Source: Spongospora subterranea f. sp. subterranea
Lineage: Eukaryota
Assembly: GCA_049724395.1 (NCBI GenBank)
Contig: JAUGWO010000046.1
Location: 124,001 to 188,000, forward strand
Direction of reading: 5' to 3'
DNA length: 64,000 nt
Shown here: piece by piece, positions 11,651 to 25,559 of the stretch
Layout: the number at the start of each line of letters is the position of its first letter
Numbering within the stretch: the stretch's first letter is position 1
The notes under the pieces: model-generated
What the model was told of the DNA's origin: nothing
Database searches by the model: none
What the model saw: the letters and a program-made list of their open reading frames with translations, nothing else
Position numbers and translations under genes: made by a program

Positions 11651-13030
11651 CTACGAGGGAGTTGTGTCCGTTTCGTGAGAAAATGTACATTTGGGAGGGT
11701 TTATGATGTGCGAGTTTTGGTCTTGGTCGTTGAACTTTGGTGAGGTGAACGTTTTGGAGCTTTCAAGAAAATACGGAGCGCTGAACAACGGATCTGATGG
11801 CGTGGGAATACGAGGCCATTGACTTTCGAATAATGCGATAACGCTCTCCTGATCAAGTGACGCTTGGCTCAACGAATCATTCAGAACCGATACGGTGATC
11901 GCTTACGCTGATGGATGGGTAATGAAGCGATTCTCGAGCAGATCGTATATATTGATATGGACCTTCGACAGTTTTCTCATCGCATCGTTCCGATTGTGGG
12001 CCATACCGATTCCCAGCTGGTGCAGCCACGACTCCAGCTGCAGTTCGTCATTAAAGGCTCGATGCGCCCGCACAGCCATCGCCGCCTTCCATTTGATCTG
12101 ATACCATTTGGCCACCTCTTTCTCCCACTCTCGTTGACTCGCCAAGTTCGCCGCCAACATCGTGCGCGCCTCGTCGCGCTTCCTTCTCCAGAACCGTGCT
12201 ACTCGCCTACGATGTTGCGCCAAGACCTTCTCATAGACGGCCCCTTGAAGACGTCCTCCGCCCGATTCCACCCGGTTCGCCATCTTCGCAAGACGCCGGT
12301 ATTCGGCAAGGTGTCGTCGATCGCCCATGAACCTCTCAATGCGTTGGTTGTTGTCATCAATGGATTGCTGTATGTTGACCTCCTTGGTCCTTTGATTGTT
12401 CGTATACCGATCAATTCGTCCATTATGCTCATCAAATCTGTGCATGATATCTCGCCCATCGTATCGACCATTCACCTATTATACAATCATCAATCTGCCC
12501 CTAAATCTTCTTACTGTCGATCGTCGTTTTACCGATTGTGTTGGTATTGTGGGTTCTTCTTGTTCATAGTCTACGCTGGTCTGATCCTGTCGCCAATTCA
12601 TCATCATCCTCTTCGCCATTGTCGTATCTAGTTTGCACTTACCTTAACGTAGGTACTTGTCAGAGGATCTTGGTCAACGGGTTCAAATATGGCTCCCTGT
12701 TTTGAACGTGCTGATGGCGATAGTATGGTCTTCTTGGTCACATTGTCATTCTGTCGGCAAATGAGATAAGAACCTAAATCTCGACCAGACACACCGTTTC
12801 CATACGGTGATGATATGGCGTTGAAACACGACTTCACTGTCTTTGCCTTTATTGTCCATTGGTGTGATTGTTGTGTCTATGACCCTCAATATTGTCTGGG
12901 CCAATTACCCTGGACGGTATTACATGATGACGTCATCATGTTGGGCACACGCCATAGAACACGGTCATCATCTTCGTCTAACACGTTTCTGAAACCCCCG
13001 TTCTTTGTGACGATGTCCAATATTCAAATA
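11651..13030 (-). CDS. Hypothetical Arg-rich coiled-coil protein, multi-exon
   Basis: ORFs 11651-11872, 11903-12475 and 12628-12837 flanked by splice-like signals; start uncertain. Confidence 0.5.
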
Positions 13031-13415
13031 TACTCGTAATTATCGAACTTTCTTTTCGTAAATTGATCCTAATTTTAAAAAATAAAACAAACATCAATGT
13101 CCTTGGCCTCTTTGCTTTAACGACGTTTTCACGTCATCAAGTACCGAACGTTGTACATCAATAGACCGCCATTTACACAGCGCCCTCTGTTTTCTGTGTT
13201 CTTGGGAATTTGTCAAGGTGGGGAGCGGGGGAGGCTATTTGAGCGGTTTCCTTGTCAGGTTAATACTTCCCCAGTTGGTACGGTCCGATCGCCGCCCTGG
13301 CTCTGCTCAAATCGTGTCGGGATCTTGTTCGGGGCCCGTTTCCCCCCTCCACACACCATACGGTATGCTGTTGGTCGGATCGGGTTGGCGGTAGGAAGAT
13401 TGTTCGGCGAGAGAC

Positions 13416-16400
13416 ATGGCGAATCCCGGGTCAGAATGTGTTTATCACATAAAGGTGGTCAACACTGACCCCATCTCCAATTACCCGTTATCATGTCCTC
13501 ATCACTGTCGCTTTAATATATGGTTTAGGACGTCGGGAAGATCCTAGATCAGGTTCAGAAAGAGTTGGCCGTATTCAAGGACGATGCTGCCAAACACAAG
13601 GTAACGCTGTTACGCTGGAATCAGCGTTGACCTTTGGTGAAACGTGGGTTTTCCGTTGTTTATCAGGACCCGTCGGCGCTGATGCGGATTATTGAACGGG
13701 CCCAGGTCGACCTGCGCCGGAAGACAGATGTCGTTTACCGATCGTCGGTGGAGGTGAAACCGGCAATGATTGAGCCGCCATTAGCGCCGCCCCGACCGCG
13801 CCGCCCTGACCTGACCAAGGCGCAAACCGCCGAGATCATCGGCCAGCTCGTGGAGGAGCGGCGGCGTCATCAACACCCCCCCGCGTGAGAGAGGCCCAAC
13901 TCGGGACAACAATATCCCAGGGCGTGTTCGTCTTGGGCCAACTTGTAAACAGGGAACAGGTTCGTCGTTGTTCGTCGTTGGTTTAAGCGGTCCTCGCTTG
14001 CGTTTGTTCACGAACAGACGCAAGTGGATAAGGCCATCCCAACGTCGAATCGGTCCCGGGAAAATTGATTGTCAATGTAGTGGTTCCCCGACGCCTGAGA
14101 CGCGATCCGTTTGCGACTCCACCGCCGATCAGTTCAAACGATGCTCGTCGTGGACTATTACATCTGCTGAGTACGGGTCTGATCCCTCGGCACGCCAATA
14201 TCACAGAGGCGCTGGTCGGGGAAACCGGGGGATTACGTCAACGACCGGCCCCGTTCCATCATCATTCCCAGCAGTTCGTGCACGGGTTCGTGTCGACCTG
14301 TCAGCCATTTGTCAACGCGGTCCTGGACCTGACCACGCCCGTCATCGGATCGGTTGCCGATATCGTCAAAGTAAAGCACGACACCATCATCGCCTGCACA
14401 TTCCAATATTTTTCACGAAAACCACCGACAAATTTGGGATCGCGTCATTTCTCTGAAGACGTTTTCGATTTTCAGATTGTTCAGAACTTGCCAATAGCGT
14501 TGTCATTCTGCAGAATTGACAGATCTCCTTATTTCGTGATTGTTGAGAGATTGATCAATGTCCGGTTTCCATTAGGCCAAACATCGATTCGTGAAACCTC
14601 ATCTGTACGATCTGGGTCCTGGATGTCCCGATTCCATGTTTGCCAACGATCCCGATCCCATCGCTCCATGCGACCTGATTGCTCCCGATGATTACGGGCG
14701 GGAGCAACGCGCCCGCGAATTCACTGAACTACTGGATACGTACAGTCTTCATCAATTCATGATTAGAAACGGGTAAGTCGCACACAATTAGCCAAAAAAC
14801 CTCTCGAACCTTTTCCGCCAACGATTTGGAACCGTTCAATGTTTCGGCTTCGTTGGTTTCGATATCCACATCTTGATCGGTATTTTGCTGTTTGCCCATT
14901 GTTCTGCATTGTGAAACTATTCCCTTTTTATATTTGTGCTATCGATGAAAATCGACGAGATCGTGGTTTGTTTCATTCAGAACAATGTTGGAAATGTTTT
15001 CCTGGACAAAAATGGAGCGGATTGCCTGTTATTTTCCCTAAAAATATTTCTGATTCGTATCGAATTGTATTCCCCTGAGGTATTGTAGTTTGCCGATGAT
15101 TGTCGTGTCTGTAGGACAACGCTGGCGTCTACGCCCGAGTTCACATCATTCCGCCGTAAATACTGCTGTATCTGGGGCGCGATCCAAACGGTGATTGGTC
15201 AATTGGAAGAGGTATTGCGATCCCATCGTATACCGCTGGCCTTGATCAACGGTCAACGGTTGGCGACCATATGCGAACGGGATCGTGGTCCCTGCACCGA
15301 CCAGGAACTTCTCGACTGCATCGTGAACGGCGACGAGGTCGCTGCCCTGTTGCGCCAACGACGGCCGGAGGGGCGACAACAGGCCGCGATTAGGATCCAG
15401 ACGACATGGCGAATGACCAAACAACGTCGGGTGTACCGGGACCTCAGACGCCGCCATCGATCGGCCAGGGCGATTGCGATCGCGTATCGACTGTTTGGGA
15501 GGCGGAAGGCGATGCGGGCCCGGGTCGCCGAGCAATGGCGCCAGGATCTGCAGATATGGAGGGCCAGGCAGGAACTATTCAGGAAACGGTATTCATCAAC
15601 TCGAATTGTCATTCGACGCGACTTTCGAATTCGTCTTTTCGATAATTGTTTGTTCCAACTGCGGATCAGCTGTTGGTTCGTTGAACCTGGTTTAGTTTCC
15701 CCTTCCTCTCAACGTTTGGGGTGTTTTTCGCCACCACAGCCGCCTGATTTCCCTTCGTAGTTGGAGTCGTATTCGTGAGCGTCGTCGCGTAATTGTTCAC
15801 TTGACTTCGACATGGCGTTCACCTGCCCAACGTCGCGCCTCCATGACGAGGTCCTCCTCACACAGTTCCGACAACACCGGATCCGGTCGGATCGATCGCG
15901 TTCTATCATCACAGCTGGCGCGGCTGTTCGACCTGGCCGACCCGAACGTCGAGGTCGTGTACGTCTCGGCCGAGCCCATCCCGGATGAGGTCCAGCGATA
16001 TTATATACAGCTATTGCAGCTCAGAGCAGGTTCGGGAACAGCAAACGTCGACTTGTCAAGTGCCTTTCGCCCCTAAACTGTGGCCAACGATTCGCCAAAT
16101 GAATTTGCGGTTTATTTTGTTGTTTCGTATTGTCGTTCTTGAAGTTTGTTGTTTTAGAAGTCAAATTAACGAACAGAAAGGTTCATTGAGAATTGAAACG
16201 AGACACTGAGCTCAATGACAATTGGTTTTTATTCGGGTAATGCAGTTTCCCATTGAAAATCTGAGCGACAATCTCGTAATTTTGCGAAAATCTGGCGATA
16301 TTGGGTTGTCCGATCAATGGTCTAAGGGTGTTTGATCTAGTGCCGGGTATCGATGAGCGGCTCAAGTTCATCTGGCCAGAGTCTCACGATATTCTATTGG

Positions 16401-18879
16401 GATCGTCGGTCCCGTTGTCCACCGCCATCTACTATTCCCCCAAATGCCTCAACCGGATCCGATCGTTAACCAAGGGCCAATCGGCCTATATCGTCCCCAA
16501 TCTCCCCGGTCAGGACGACCTCAAGCTCGCCGTCTTCCTCAATCTGCCGATGTTGTCACCAGAGCCGGCCATCGCTCAATCACTGTCTTCATGTAATTCA
16601 TCATTTCACTCGATATTTGGCCTCTCTCGTTTTTGACACTTTTGCGTTTTTGTTCTGTGGAACCGCGACAATGCCAGTTTTTAAGAGTATTTGTTTGAAA
16701 AAAGAAAACTTTACAGTTTCCGAACGGGATCAGATTTTCTCACCGTTCAACATTCGATGTGTTGTCGTAAAGTACCCTCTTATTGGTTATAATTACGGCT
16801 CGAAAGATCATAAACCTCAATTGCTGGCGCTCTAGGCCTGGAATGTTTATATTCCTTACTTCTTTTCATTGTTTAAGAACATCGGCGGGAAATAGACGTG
16901 TTTTTGGCCAAGAAGATGATAATTTTGATGTGATTCAGCGTCTGGAAGTAAACGGATATTCTCGGAGGCGCTGATCGATTATCCAGTCGGATCGCACGAC
17001 GTGTTCCAGGAAGGAGATCTTAACGATCGCCTGACCCAGCTGATCCTCGACAACATGGGGGTCCAGCGATGGATTATCAAACTGGACGATGAATGTGGCG
17101 CCAGGGGCCTGGCATTCTTCGAACCCGCACGGCTCCGAATCTATTCCGACCTCTGGCACGAGAAACAAACGTCGAATAAGTTTTTACGACCACGACGTGC
17201 TCGAATTCAACAGGTTTGTCGCCCTTAGGTTTTCCTCCAATCTTATTCGACTCGTGTAATTCGATATCGGTTAACCTGAATTATACAATATGAATTGGCG
17301 CCACTGTAGCGGGCGTCGACGTTGTTTTTTTGGGCATTATTTCCACCGTGTTGTCAACTGTCGTCCCATGAGCTTCTCATGTGTTGGGATTTGGCAATAT
17401 TGTGAGCGCCAATTGGATTGTTGATCATATGAGATGGGAATGAGTTCTGCTCCTGGATCTATCTTTGGCGATTCCAACGATTGAATTGGTGTTGATGATT
17501 TGCAGGAGGCGATTAAACAGCACGTTGACGCAGCGAATGCAGTTCCTGGTTCGCCTGGTCCATCCTGACCTATATGTGCAAGGATGGAAGACGTATCTGG
17601 ATCGGTTGGCGATGGTGGGCGGATCGATAGAGGCGTGCCCCCAATTCGTGATCGGCTCCCCATCTGTTAACATCATGATCAGTCCCGACGGTCTGGTCGA
17701 TATTCTATCGACCCACGACCAGATATTCAGGTCAATCTGGTTTTCGCCCCAATCTCCATCACCGACGTGTTTTTCAACTGTGTCGTGTTTATTGAACTCG
17801 ATCGTTTCGAAAATTGGTACTTAGTATTGACGGGTTTGAGGTTTTCTGATCCCGTTTTGGTTTCCAAGCAATGTCCATTTCTCTACATCTCGATGAAGGT
17901 CGACTGAAATATGAATGTATTCTAGTCGTCCATATGTTCTGGCTGGCGCCGTCTTCCCTCAATCCACCTACGATAACCACCAACTGATTGAGGCGGCCCT
18001 ATCCATCGGTCGTGTTTGTTCTCGCCGGGGTGTTATCGGCCCAATCGGGATCGACTTCGTCGTCAACCTGAATGAACCCACCAAGGAACAAGTAAATACT
18101 GCCAACCGATCACTGTAGCAGCAGTTGCAGATTCACCGAATTCAGACCTTATTGGCCGTCGACCTCAACCTCCGTTTGACAACGTCGCAGATTTCGTTCC
18201 AGTATTTTACATTCCTAACCCCAGGGAAGTTCAACGCTAAGATTGGCGTTTACTCTGTAACGCCGCCTCCGTCATCTGAGGTAAATCGCCGGTCACCGCA
18301 TTCCCAGTCGGTTTCCGAGCAACGGTTTTGTTAGGCCAAAGGATCATCGGCCAGATCGAACATCTCGTCGTCATCGCGACATTCGTCGATCGCCGATCTG
18401 TCGGGAGAGTTACAAGCACGGCTGTCGCTCGATCGTTGCTACGCTGTCTTCTACGATGTTATTGTGCCAGCTCTGTCGACCATTCATCATCACGTCTTTT
18501 TCAATATGTGCCGTCTGGAAGTTCGAATTCCGCATCTGTAGATCCTTGTTTTGCTATTGACTTTGGAATCTTCCCAGGGCGTTTCGTTCGATTTAGCAGT
18601 TAAATCCGGGACATCGTTCATGTTGACGGATGCGATAACATCAGGGTGTTTGTGTCCAATGGGCATTGGCGATACACAGCGAATGGCCATCTCACATTTG
18701 AACTCAGCTCTTGCGTTTTTGAAGGTATTGTAGGCCTCTAAGATATTTTTGAAAAAGATTAGTGTTTAATGAATTTGCAACAGAGTAAGGTTGGAGTGAG
18801 AGAACACCAATTTGACCGTTCCAATTTGACGAGCCATTGTACCGTGATCAAAACGATGCTAGGAACTATAACCAAATAA
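13416..18879 (+). CDS. IQCH: IQ motif-containing protein H-like (IQ motif plus ATP-grasp-like region), multi-exon
   Basis: LLDTYSLHQFMIRNG/TTLASTPEFTSF, IQ motif AAIRIQTTWRM, LARLFDLADPNVEVVYVS, LSTAIYYSPKCLNRIRSL, VIGPIGIDFV, LLAVDLNLRLT. Confidence 0.85.
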
Positions 18880-18939
18880 AATGTGTTATAGAGACAACGC
18901 ACGTCGGTTACGATGTTTGATATAATATATTTAATAAAT

Positions 18940-21900
18940 CTATGATAATTGTTGCACAGCTGAAACAACTGCGGCGATAGCCATCGTGCTAGGACAAAGC
19001 CAATTAGAACGTTGATATCTGATCAAATTGAAATACTTACCAGTAAGCTAGATTGCCAAATTCGAGGGAATGATGTTCTGTAGGAACTGCAGCGGACAGT
19101 CGCAGTTTGATTTCTCGGACTAACGTAGAGACGTAAATATCAGTTTCCATTTTGATTCGCCTCATTTCTCTCAGCTCCTTCTCCAGCCCAAGCAGCGAAT
19201 TGATCAAAGAGTGATCCTCATCAGTGATGACTACCACATCCCCAAATGTGCGAATGACAGGCGGATCGTAATGATCAGGATTGGATACCGCTACCGGCAA
19301 GCCGCCTGGTGGGTTAGGTGCGCTGGATGGATATGTAGGCGTCGCAGCTACAGGAGCTCCTTCAGGAAGGGCGTACCGTGAAGAAGCGCTGGACCTCGCC
19401 GAGGGCCTTGGTACGTTTCCTGGAGGGGGGCCTGGTTGTGCTGGCTGTGATCCATCAGGCAATGCATAGCGAGCTCGTGGTGGTCCCTTCTTCGCGTTCG
19501 CTTGCTCGCTAGACAATACAGAAGTAGAGCCTGCGGTAGGTTGAGCGGTTCGCCGAGGTGGCGGACGAGATTTAGGAATTTCTTCCTCATTGGGAGCGTT
19601 TAAATCGATGTACTTTTTGGCAACCGGATCCCAGACGAACGTGGTGTCTTCAGACATATCGGCGCGAGGAATGGGCTTACCATTTTCATCGTAGAGCTGT
19701 CGCTGGAACACTTTGATCAAAAACGACGCTAAAGAGCGACGTGACTTTGCAACAGGCCTGGTGGGTGACCTTGATTTGCCAGCAACACTAGTACACGACT
19801 TCTCTGGAGCGGTCGATGACGACCGTTCCATTGAGTCGAATTGATCAGGACGTTTGGCGTTAGATGCCGCGCTCTGGTGGTTAGATTTGGAGATTTCGGC
19901 GTCTAGACGAAGTGAAAGTAACAAATAAAACCCTATGGGATGTTAAAAGATAAAGACATGTAGAAGAGTCGTTGCAGCATACCTCTAAGCTCATTGTAAT
20001 GCTTAACTATAGACATCCCCATCTCTTGCGCTTGTTGAAGCCTAGATTCTAAAACTGAAGACTTTGTTCGCTCGTGAAGCAACTGTTCGTCAAAATCGGA
20101 GATAGCCTGTACATGAGTTTGCGACTCCGCGCGTAATTCACCCGAATCGCATTGATTTTTTTCAGGATCAGGAAGCAGTTCCCCAACCGTTTCAGCATTA
20201 AGAGCATGCTGGAGCTGGAGTTGACAAATTTCGGCTTCACGAGTGCTAATAAGCTCATCTTTTGAAGAAACAAGCGCTTCCAATTCTGATACTTTTGACC
20301 TTAAAATTGACAATTGATGTTCCTGCTCCATACTCAAATCACCGGCTTTGCCACCATGATCAGTATTGCTGTTCACAGATTGGCAAGCACTATGGCTTGC
20401 AGAACGAGCAATGTTGGCGGAATTAGGCAAAGTCGGGGCATTCCGTATTGGTGAAAGCCGAGCTGCACGTAAGGCGGCCAGTTGTGATTCCTTATCCAGA
20501 ATTTCCTCTTTAAAAGAACTAATTTCTTGTGCATACCTGGAACTTGTGTCTGCCACAGCTGCCTCAACTGTTAACTGAAGCGTTGCTTCGTGATTTTGGA
20601 TTACTGAACGCAACAGAGCAAGTTGTTTTTGATGGTCTTCGAGTTGGTGATTGAGATTGCTCGGGTCAGAATTATCACTGTTAACAGACGACGTTGGGGC
20701 ATGAGATTTTTCGCGTAACGATCTGCAAAGCTCATTTTTCTCCGAGAGTTGCTGCTTCAGATCAATAATCTCTTGCAAAGAAGGTGCGGAAGCAACAGAA
20801 TCTTCAAGTACAGATATTGCATTGTGAAGTGACGCCGCCTCAGAACGAGCCGATTCAAGCTGCTGTCGAAGGGACTTGACTTCAGATATGTGTGTGTCTT
20901 TAGATGACTGCAATTGTTGCTTCCTTTGTTCTAGTTGGTTTTGGATCAATACAATGCGATCATCACGCTCGGAAAGCTGAGCCTGTAATTCCTCGATACT
21001 CGACTTAGAACTTCGACGGGCGTCAGACAAAAGTTTGCGAAGCTGGCCAAGTTCCTCTTCGAATCTAGTGCAACTCTGCTTGTGCTCGAACGCTTCCTGA
21101 TTCAATTGCTCTTCCTTGCTGGATAAATCTTCTTGAAGCGCGACGACAACCTTGTCAAGATCAAGGACTTGCTGGTTCAAATCGACATTCTTTGCATTCA
21201 GCTCCTCACGCTGATCGGCAAATTGTTCCTGTTTCACGCTGATCTTGACTTCGAGCTCTTCGATTAGGCTTTGACTAGCAGCCAAATCAGATTTGAGATC
21301 ATCAGATTCAGAATTGCCCGACGCTCGAGCAGCATCAAGCTGAGCGGTTAAAGCCTCAATTTCCGCTTGACGCGCGACGACAGCCTTGTCAAGGTCAAGG
21401 ACTTGCTGGTTCAAAGCAACAATCTTAGCATTCAGGTCCTCACGCTGACCGGCGCATTGTTCCTGTTTCATGCTGATCTTAGCTTCAAGCTCTTGGATGA
21501 GGCTTTGACTAGCAGCCAAATCAGATTTGAGCTCATCAGATTCAGAATTGCCCGACGCTCGAGCAGCATCAAGCTGAGCGGTTAAGGCCTCTATTTCCGC
21601 TTGACGATCAGTAGCAATTTGTTTGAGTTGATCCGACTCTTGGAGGAGCTTGTTTTGATTTTGGAGCATTTTACGAAGTTGTTCAATTTCTTGCTGATGA
21701 TCACGAATCGCTTGTTGAAGAGAGTCACACTGGGATTCAAATAAGGCTCGTTCGTTTTGCCGTGTTTGCTCAACTTGCTCTTGAGCTGTCATAAGGTCCT
21801 CATGAGATTTTTTCAGACTATCAAAGCTTTGCTTGATAGTATCAAGGTCCGATGATTTGGCCTCTAACTCCATTTCTAGAGCAACCAACTGCTGTTCGGA

Positions 21901-24467
21901 TGATTGACAACGAGAGCTAAGCTCAGCATTCTGTTGTGAAGCTGCGTCAAATTCCTCTTCCAGTTCGGCGATTTTTCTATCTCTTGACGTTAAATCCTCT
22001 ACCATCCGCGATACTTGAGATTCTGGGTGGACGGTTGTTGATTCTGCAGCAGTATCATTGGATTTGATTTCAAGAATTGCGATTTCTTGTGAAAGCCGAT
22101 GAATCTCAGCTTCGTGCTTTTCACGAAGTGTCTGAAGTCTCTTAGATGAACTTGCAACCTCCTTTTTGAGGGTTTTGACTTCATCTTGAGCAACCCTAAG
22201 TTCAGATTCCTTGCTCTGCAGTTCGGCATTTGATTCGTCTGCCACCCTTTGGAAAGATGTATTGGCAGCCACCACTTCAAGCACTTGTTCTTCAAGCAGC
22301 TCAATACGATGTTGATGATTGGCAATATATTCGGTATCTTGTGCGTGTTGCTCTTCTGCAGAATGAAGAGAGCGACGCAGCCGGGAAATTTCACCTTGCA
22401 GTGAAACCATTTCGTTTCGCATCTCTGAAACATTCTCATCCTTGATATCTGTCGTTAACTGAGCACTTTCCAACAAGCGGTCTTCACTTGCTCGCAATTC
22501 GGCAGCAACGGATTGTATCTGATCCGACTTCTCATTGTTTTCCGATTGTAACAGCGAAATCCGATCTCGCAGCAGTTCCAGTTCCTCTGATAAACTCTGA
22601 ACCGTGGATACATGATCAGCACATTCTTCCTTCGAAATTGCTTGTGAAACACGTTCATGTCGATGTAGTTCGGCAATTTCAGCTTTTCAAGCAGTAATAC
22701 AGTTTCCTCATTTTGCAAGAGTTGATCTTTCATTTGTTTCAAGAACTGATCCTTCTCATGAATAACGGCCTCTAACTCTGTACAAGTCTCGGTGGTTTTG
22801 TGGAACCTTGTATTCAAAGACAGAATCGTCTTTTGCGAAGTCTCATTGTTCTTTTCTGCCATTTTTAACAGTTTACTGTTTGAAGATTGAGCCTCTGTCC
22901 AAGCATCATTTAACAACATCTCAAAACGATCAAAGTCAAGGTCGCGGTCAAAATCTGAGGGGAGCCCCAATCGTTGCGAAATACGGGTAAAGCTGGACAC
23001 GATTTTGTGGGAGACATCCTTCAGATCATATTTAGCCTGATTTCGAGATTCTATTGCTTCCTGAAGGTCAGACTGAAAATAAGCCGACACTTACGATTGA
23101 ACCGCCCCTAACTGACCTGCACTACAGTAACGAGGGGTTTGTCATCCAAAAGTTCATCCTGGAACAAAGCTCGGATTTCCAAGGTATCACCAGAGGGCCT
23201 GTGTTGAGATTAAGTTATGCTGGAAACCCAGATTCAGCAAGGTCTACCCGGATGCAGATGATCTGGTTAATCGATCGATTTCAGCATGCAACCTGCGATT
23301 TTCAGAGTCCAAAGAATCGCCGTCAACAATAAGAGAATCTCTAGAAGCTTGAACAATGCTAAACTGCGCCTGAAGCTCCATTAGCTGAGATGAAAGTAGT
23401 TCAAGTTGTTCATTCGACGCTTTAGCGTCTTTCTGACATTTACGTAAGAGAGATACATATACGGAGAACGTTCCATACAAGATCATCTTGCAATGCTTGA
23501 AAGACTTCAGCGTCACTTTCTAATTTCTTTCGTAATTGGCTCGTTTCTCTCTCAGCTTTTTGCAGTTCAGATGACAATATTTCAACTTGTTCACTCGACG
23601 CTTTAGCGGCTCTCTAACAATCCACATAAGATAAATACATAAATGGAAAATGTTTCATACAAGATCATCTTGCAGTGCTTGAAAGACCTCAGCATCACGT
23701 TCTAATTTCTTTTGCAACTGGCTCGCTTCTCTCTTAGCTTTTTGCAATTCTAGTTTAGTTGGACGTTGCATGGCCTTCTCCAGTTTTGATTTCAATCGCA
23801 GCATTTCTTCGTCCTATTGAATTAGAATCAACAGACATTGTGAAACCTGGAACGGCGTAGACCTTTGTACGAATCTGACTTCGCAACTGCTCTTGCTGTG
23901 CATCTGAAGGGCTATCTGTACGCTAAAGTTTAACAAAAGGACATGGAGTAAATACCAAAGATTACTTTGAGCATTCCTAATCCGTTCAAGGTCGTGCAAC
24001 GATTGATCGAGCTGCGATGAAAGGTCTGCAATTTGTCGTTGCAGCAATTGCTCAGACTCAATTCGAGATTTCCTGGATATTTCGATCTGATTCGCAGACT
24101 GAAGAAGCTGCGCGCGGAGGTCGATAACTTCCTGTTGAGTCGTTTTCTGAGATTCTGTCAGCGTTGCATGGGCTTCCTTTAGACGTTTCCACTCAGGAAC
24201 AAGCTGCCTTAGCTTAGACTTAAGAACATCAACTTGATCAGAGTCGTTTGACTCAGTGGACTGCCTTCGTGATCCGTTATCGGCCTGACTTTGAGACACC
24301 GCGCGCTCGGCAATATTCGCTCGATCAACGGCAGCTGCCTTCTGGATGGTCAACTCCTTTACTGTAGTTTTCAATTGTTTCCATTCCGGAACCAATCGAT
24401 AAAGTTTGGCGCGAAGGTCGGCAACCTCGGCTTTCGCGGCCGTCAGCTCATCCTCCTTCGCAGGCAT
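18940..24467 (-). CDS. Very large coiled-coil protein with Pro-rich C-terminal region and short hydrophobic tail (golgin-like)
   Basis: ORFs 23814-24467, 22455-23090, 19933-22497 and 19037-19924 are heptad-rich. Terminal exon 18988-18940 gives ..LAYCTMAIAAVVSAVQQLS. Apparent 1-nt frameshift near 22685. Confidence 0.75.
21139..21606 (-). repeat. Intragenic tandem duplication, 2 x 234 bp (78 aa)
   Basis: RQAEIEALTAQLDAARASGNSESD..DLDK occurs twice, offset 234 nt. Confidence 0.95.
23401..23752 (-). repeat. Tandem duplication of an exon-intron unit (~181-bp period)
   Basis: 23401-23570 and 23582-23752 align throughout, including the intron (catacaagatcatcttgca donor region in both). Confidence 0.9.
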
Positions 24468-25559
24468 GCTCCGAATTCAAATTCCTTACGGGTACCGGTC
24501 GTTCGATCACCTCACAAATCGGCGCGCCGTCTCACTATGTAATCCCAATCGTCGTTGGCAGACAAATTCCCAGCCGCTGGATTACTCCGTTATCGTTATC
24601 AACCCAGCAAGAAATGCATAAAATTAGCAGAGGCAGCAGCAACCAAGGCCGCAACCCACGCAATTATTAGTCAAACTTTGCTGCTGACTGAGTGGTGAGA
24701 AGTGTACGAGTCGGTGATATATGGTCACGTCATGAGATGGGCAAGTTGCCGTTTCAGGTGCAATCCTTTGCACTCGATTCCAATCTGCTCAATCAATTTG
24801 TTATCCAATGGCTCTGTCGTTATAGTACATTAACCCACCTAGGTCATTGCTCCACATGCCAATGTGTTCGTGGTTACTGTAGTACTGTTCTATACTCTCT
24901 TTTCAAAAATATTTTCAAATTTCACGGAGTAGCAATGGCGAATATATGATTGCTGATGAAGTTTAATTCACTGCAAACACTTTTGGCCATTTTGCATCGC
25001 GAACCGAAGCAATTCAGTAGCCGCCAGGTTTCCATTCAATAATCGACCAGCTATACGCCATTCTATTGCAAATGGCAAAAAATAATACCAAAGCCGAGCA
25101 GAGAAACTGGCGTTGTAGGCATCTTTATTGAGAATTGAAGTGTCGAACCCTTGATAAATTAATCCGCCGTTCTAAACCGTCGGTTGCTCGCATCGCACAG
25201 GTTTCAAATGACGAGTAAACACTGCAGACTTCTCAAGTATGCGAATTTAACCTGTGAATTCGGTTCGTTTAGAAGGAGCTTCATCGCATGAAAACTTTGA
25301 GGAGACCGTATTTTTTTTGGGATTTCTGAAATCAAAATGAAACATTGGTGCATGAGGTTGCACAATTAAGTTTCAGATGTTAGTTTAACACCTTTGGTGA
25401 CAACTACTTTTGCAGAAAAGTGCCATATCGGTAGGAGTGGACACTTAACACTTATCGATGTACTGTATCAGTGTATGCACTCCAGCCAGTACGTACACTC
25501 GTACAGTAGACTTCAGGTGTGGCTATTCGCCATTCCGCCGCACGCTTGGTTACCCCGTA

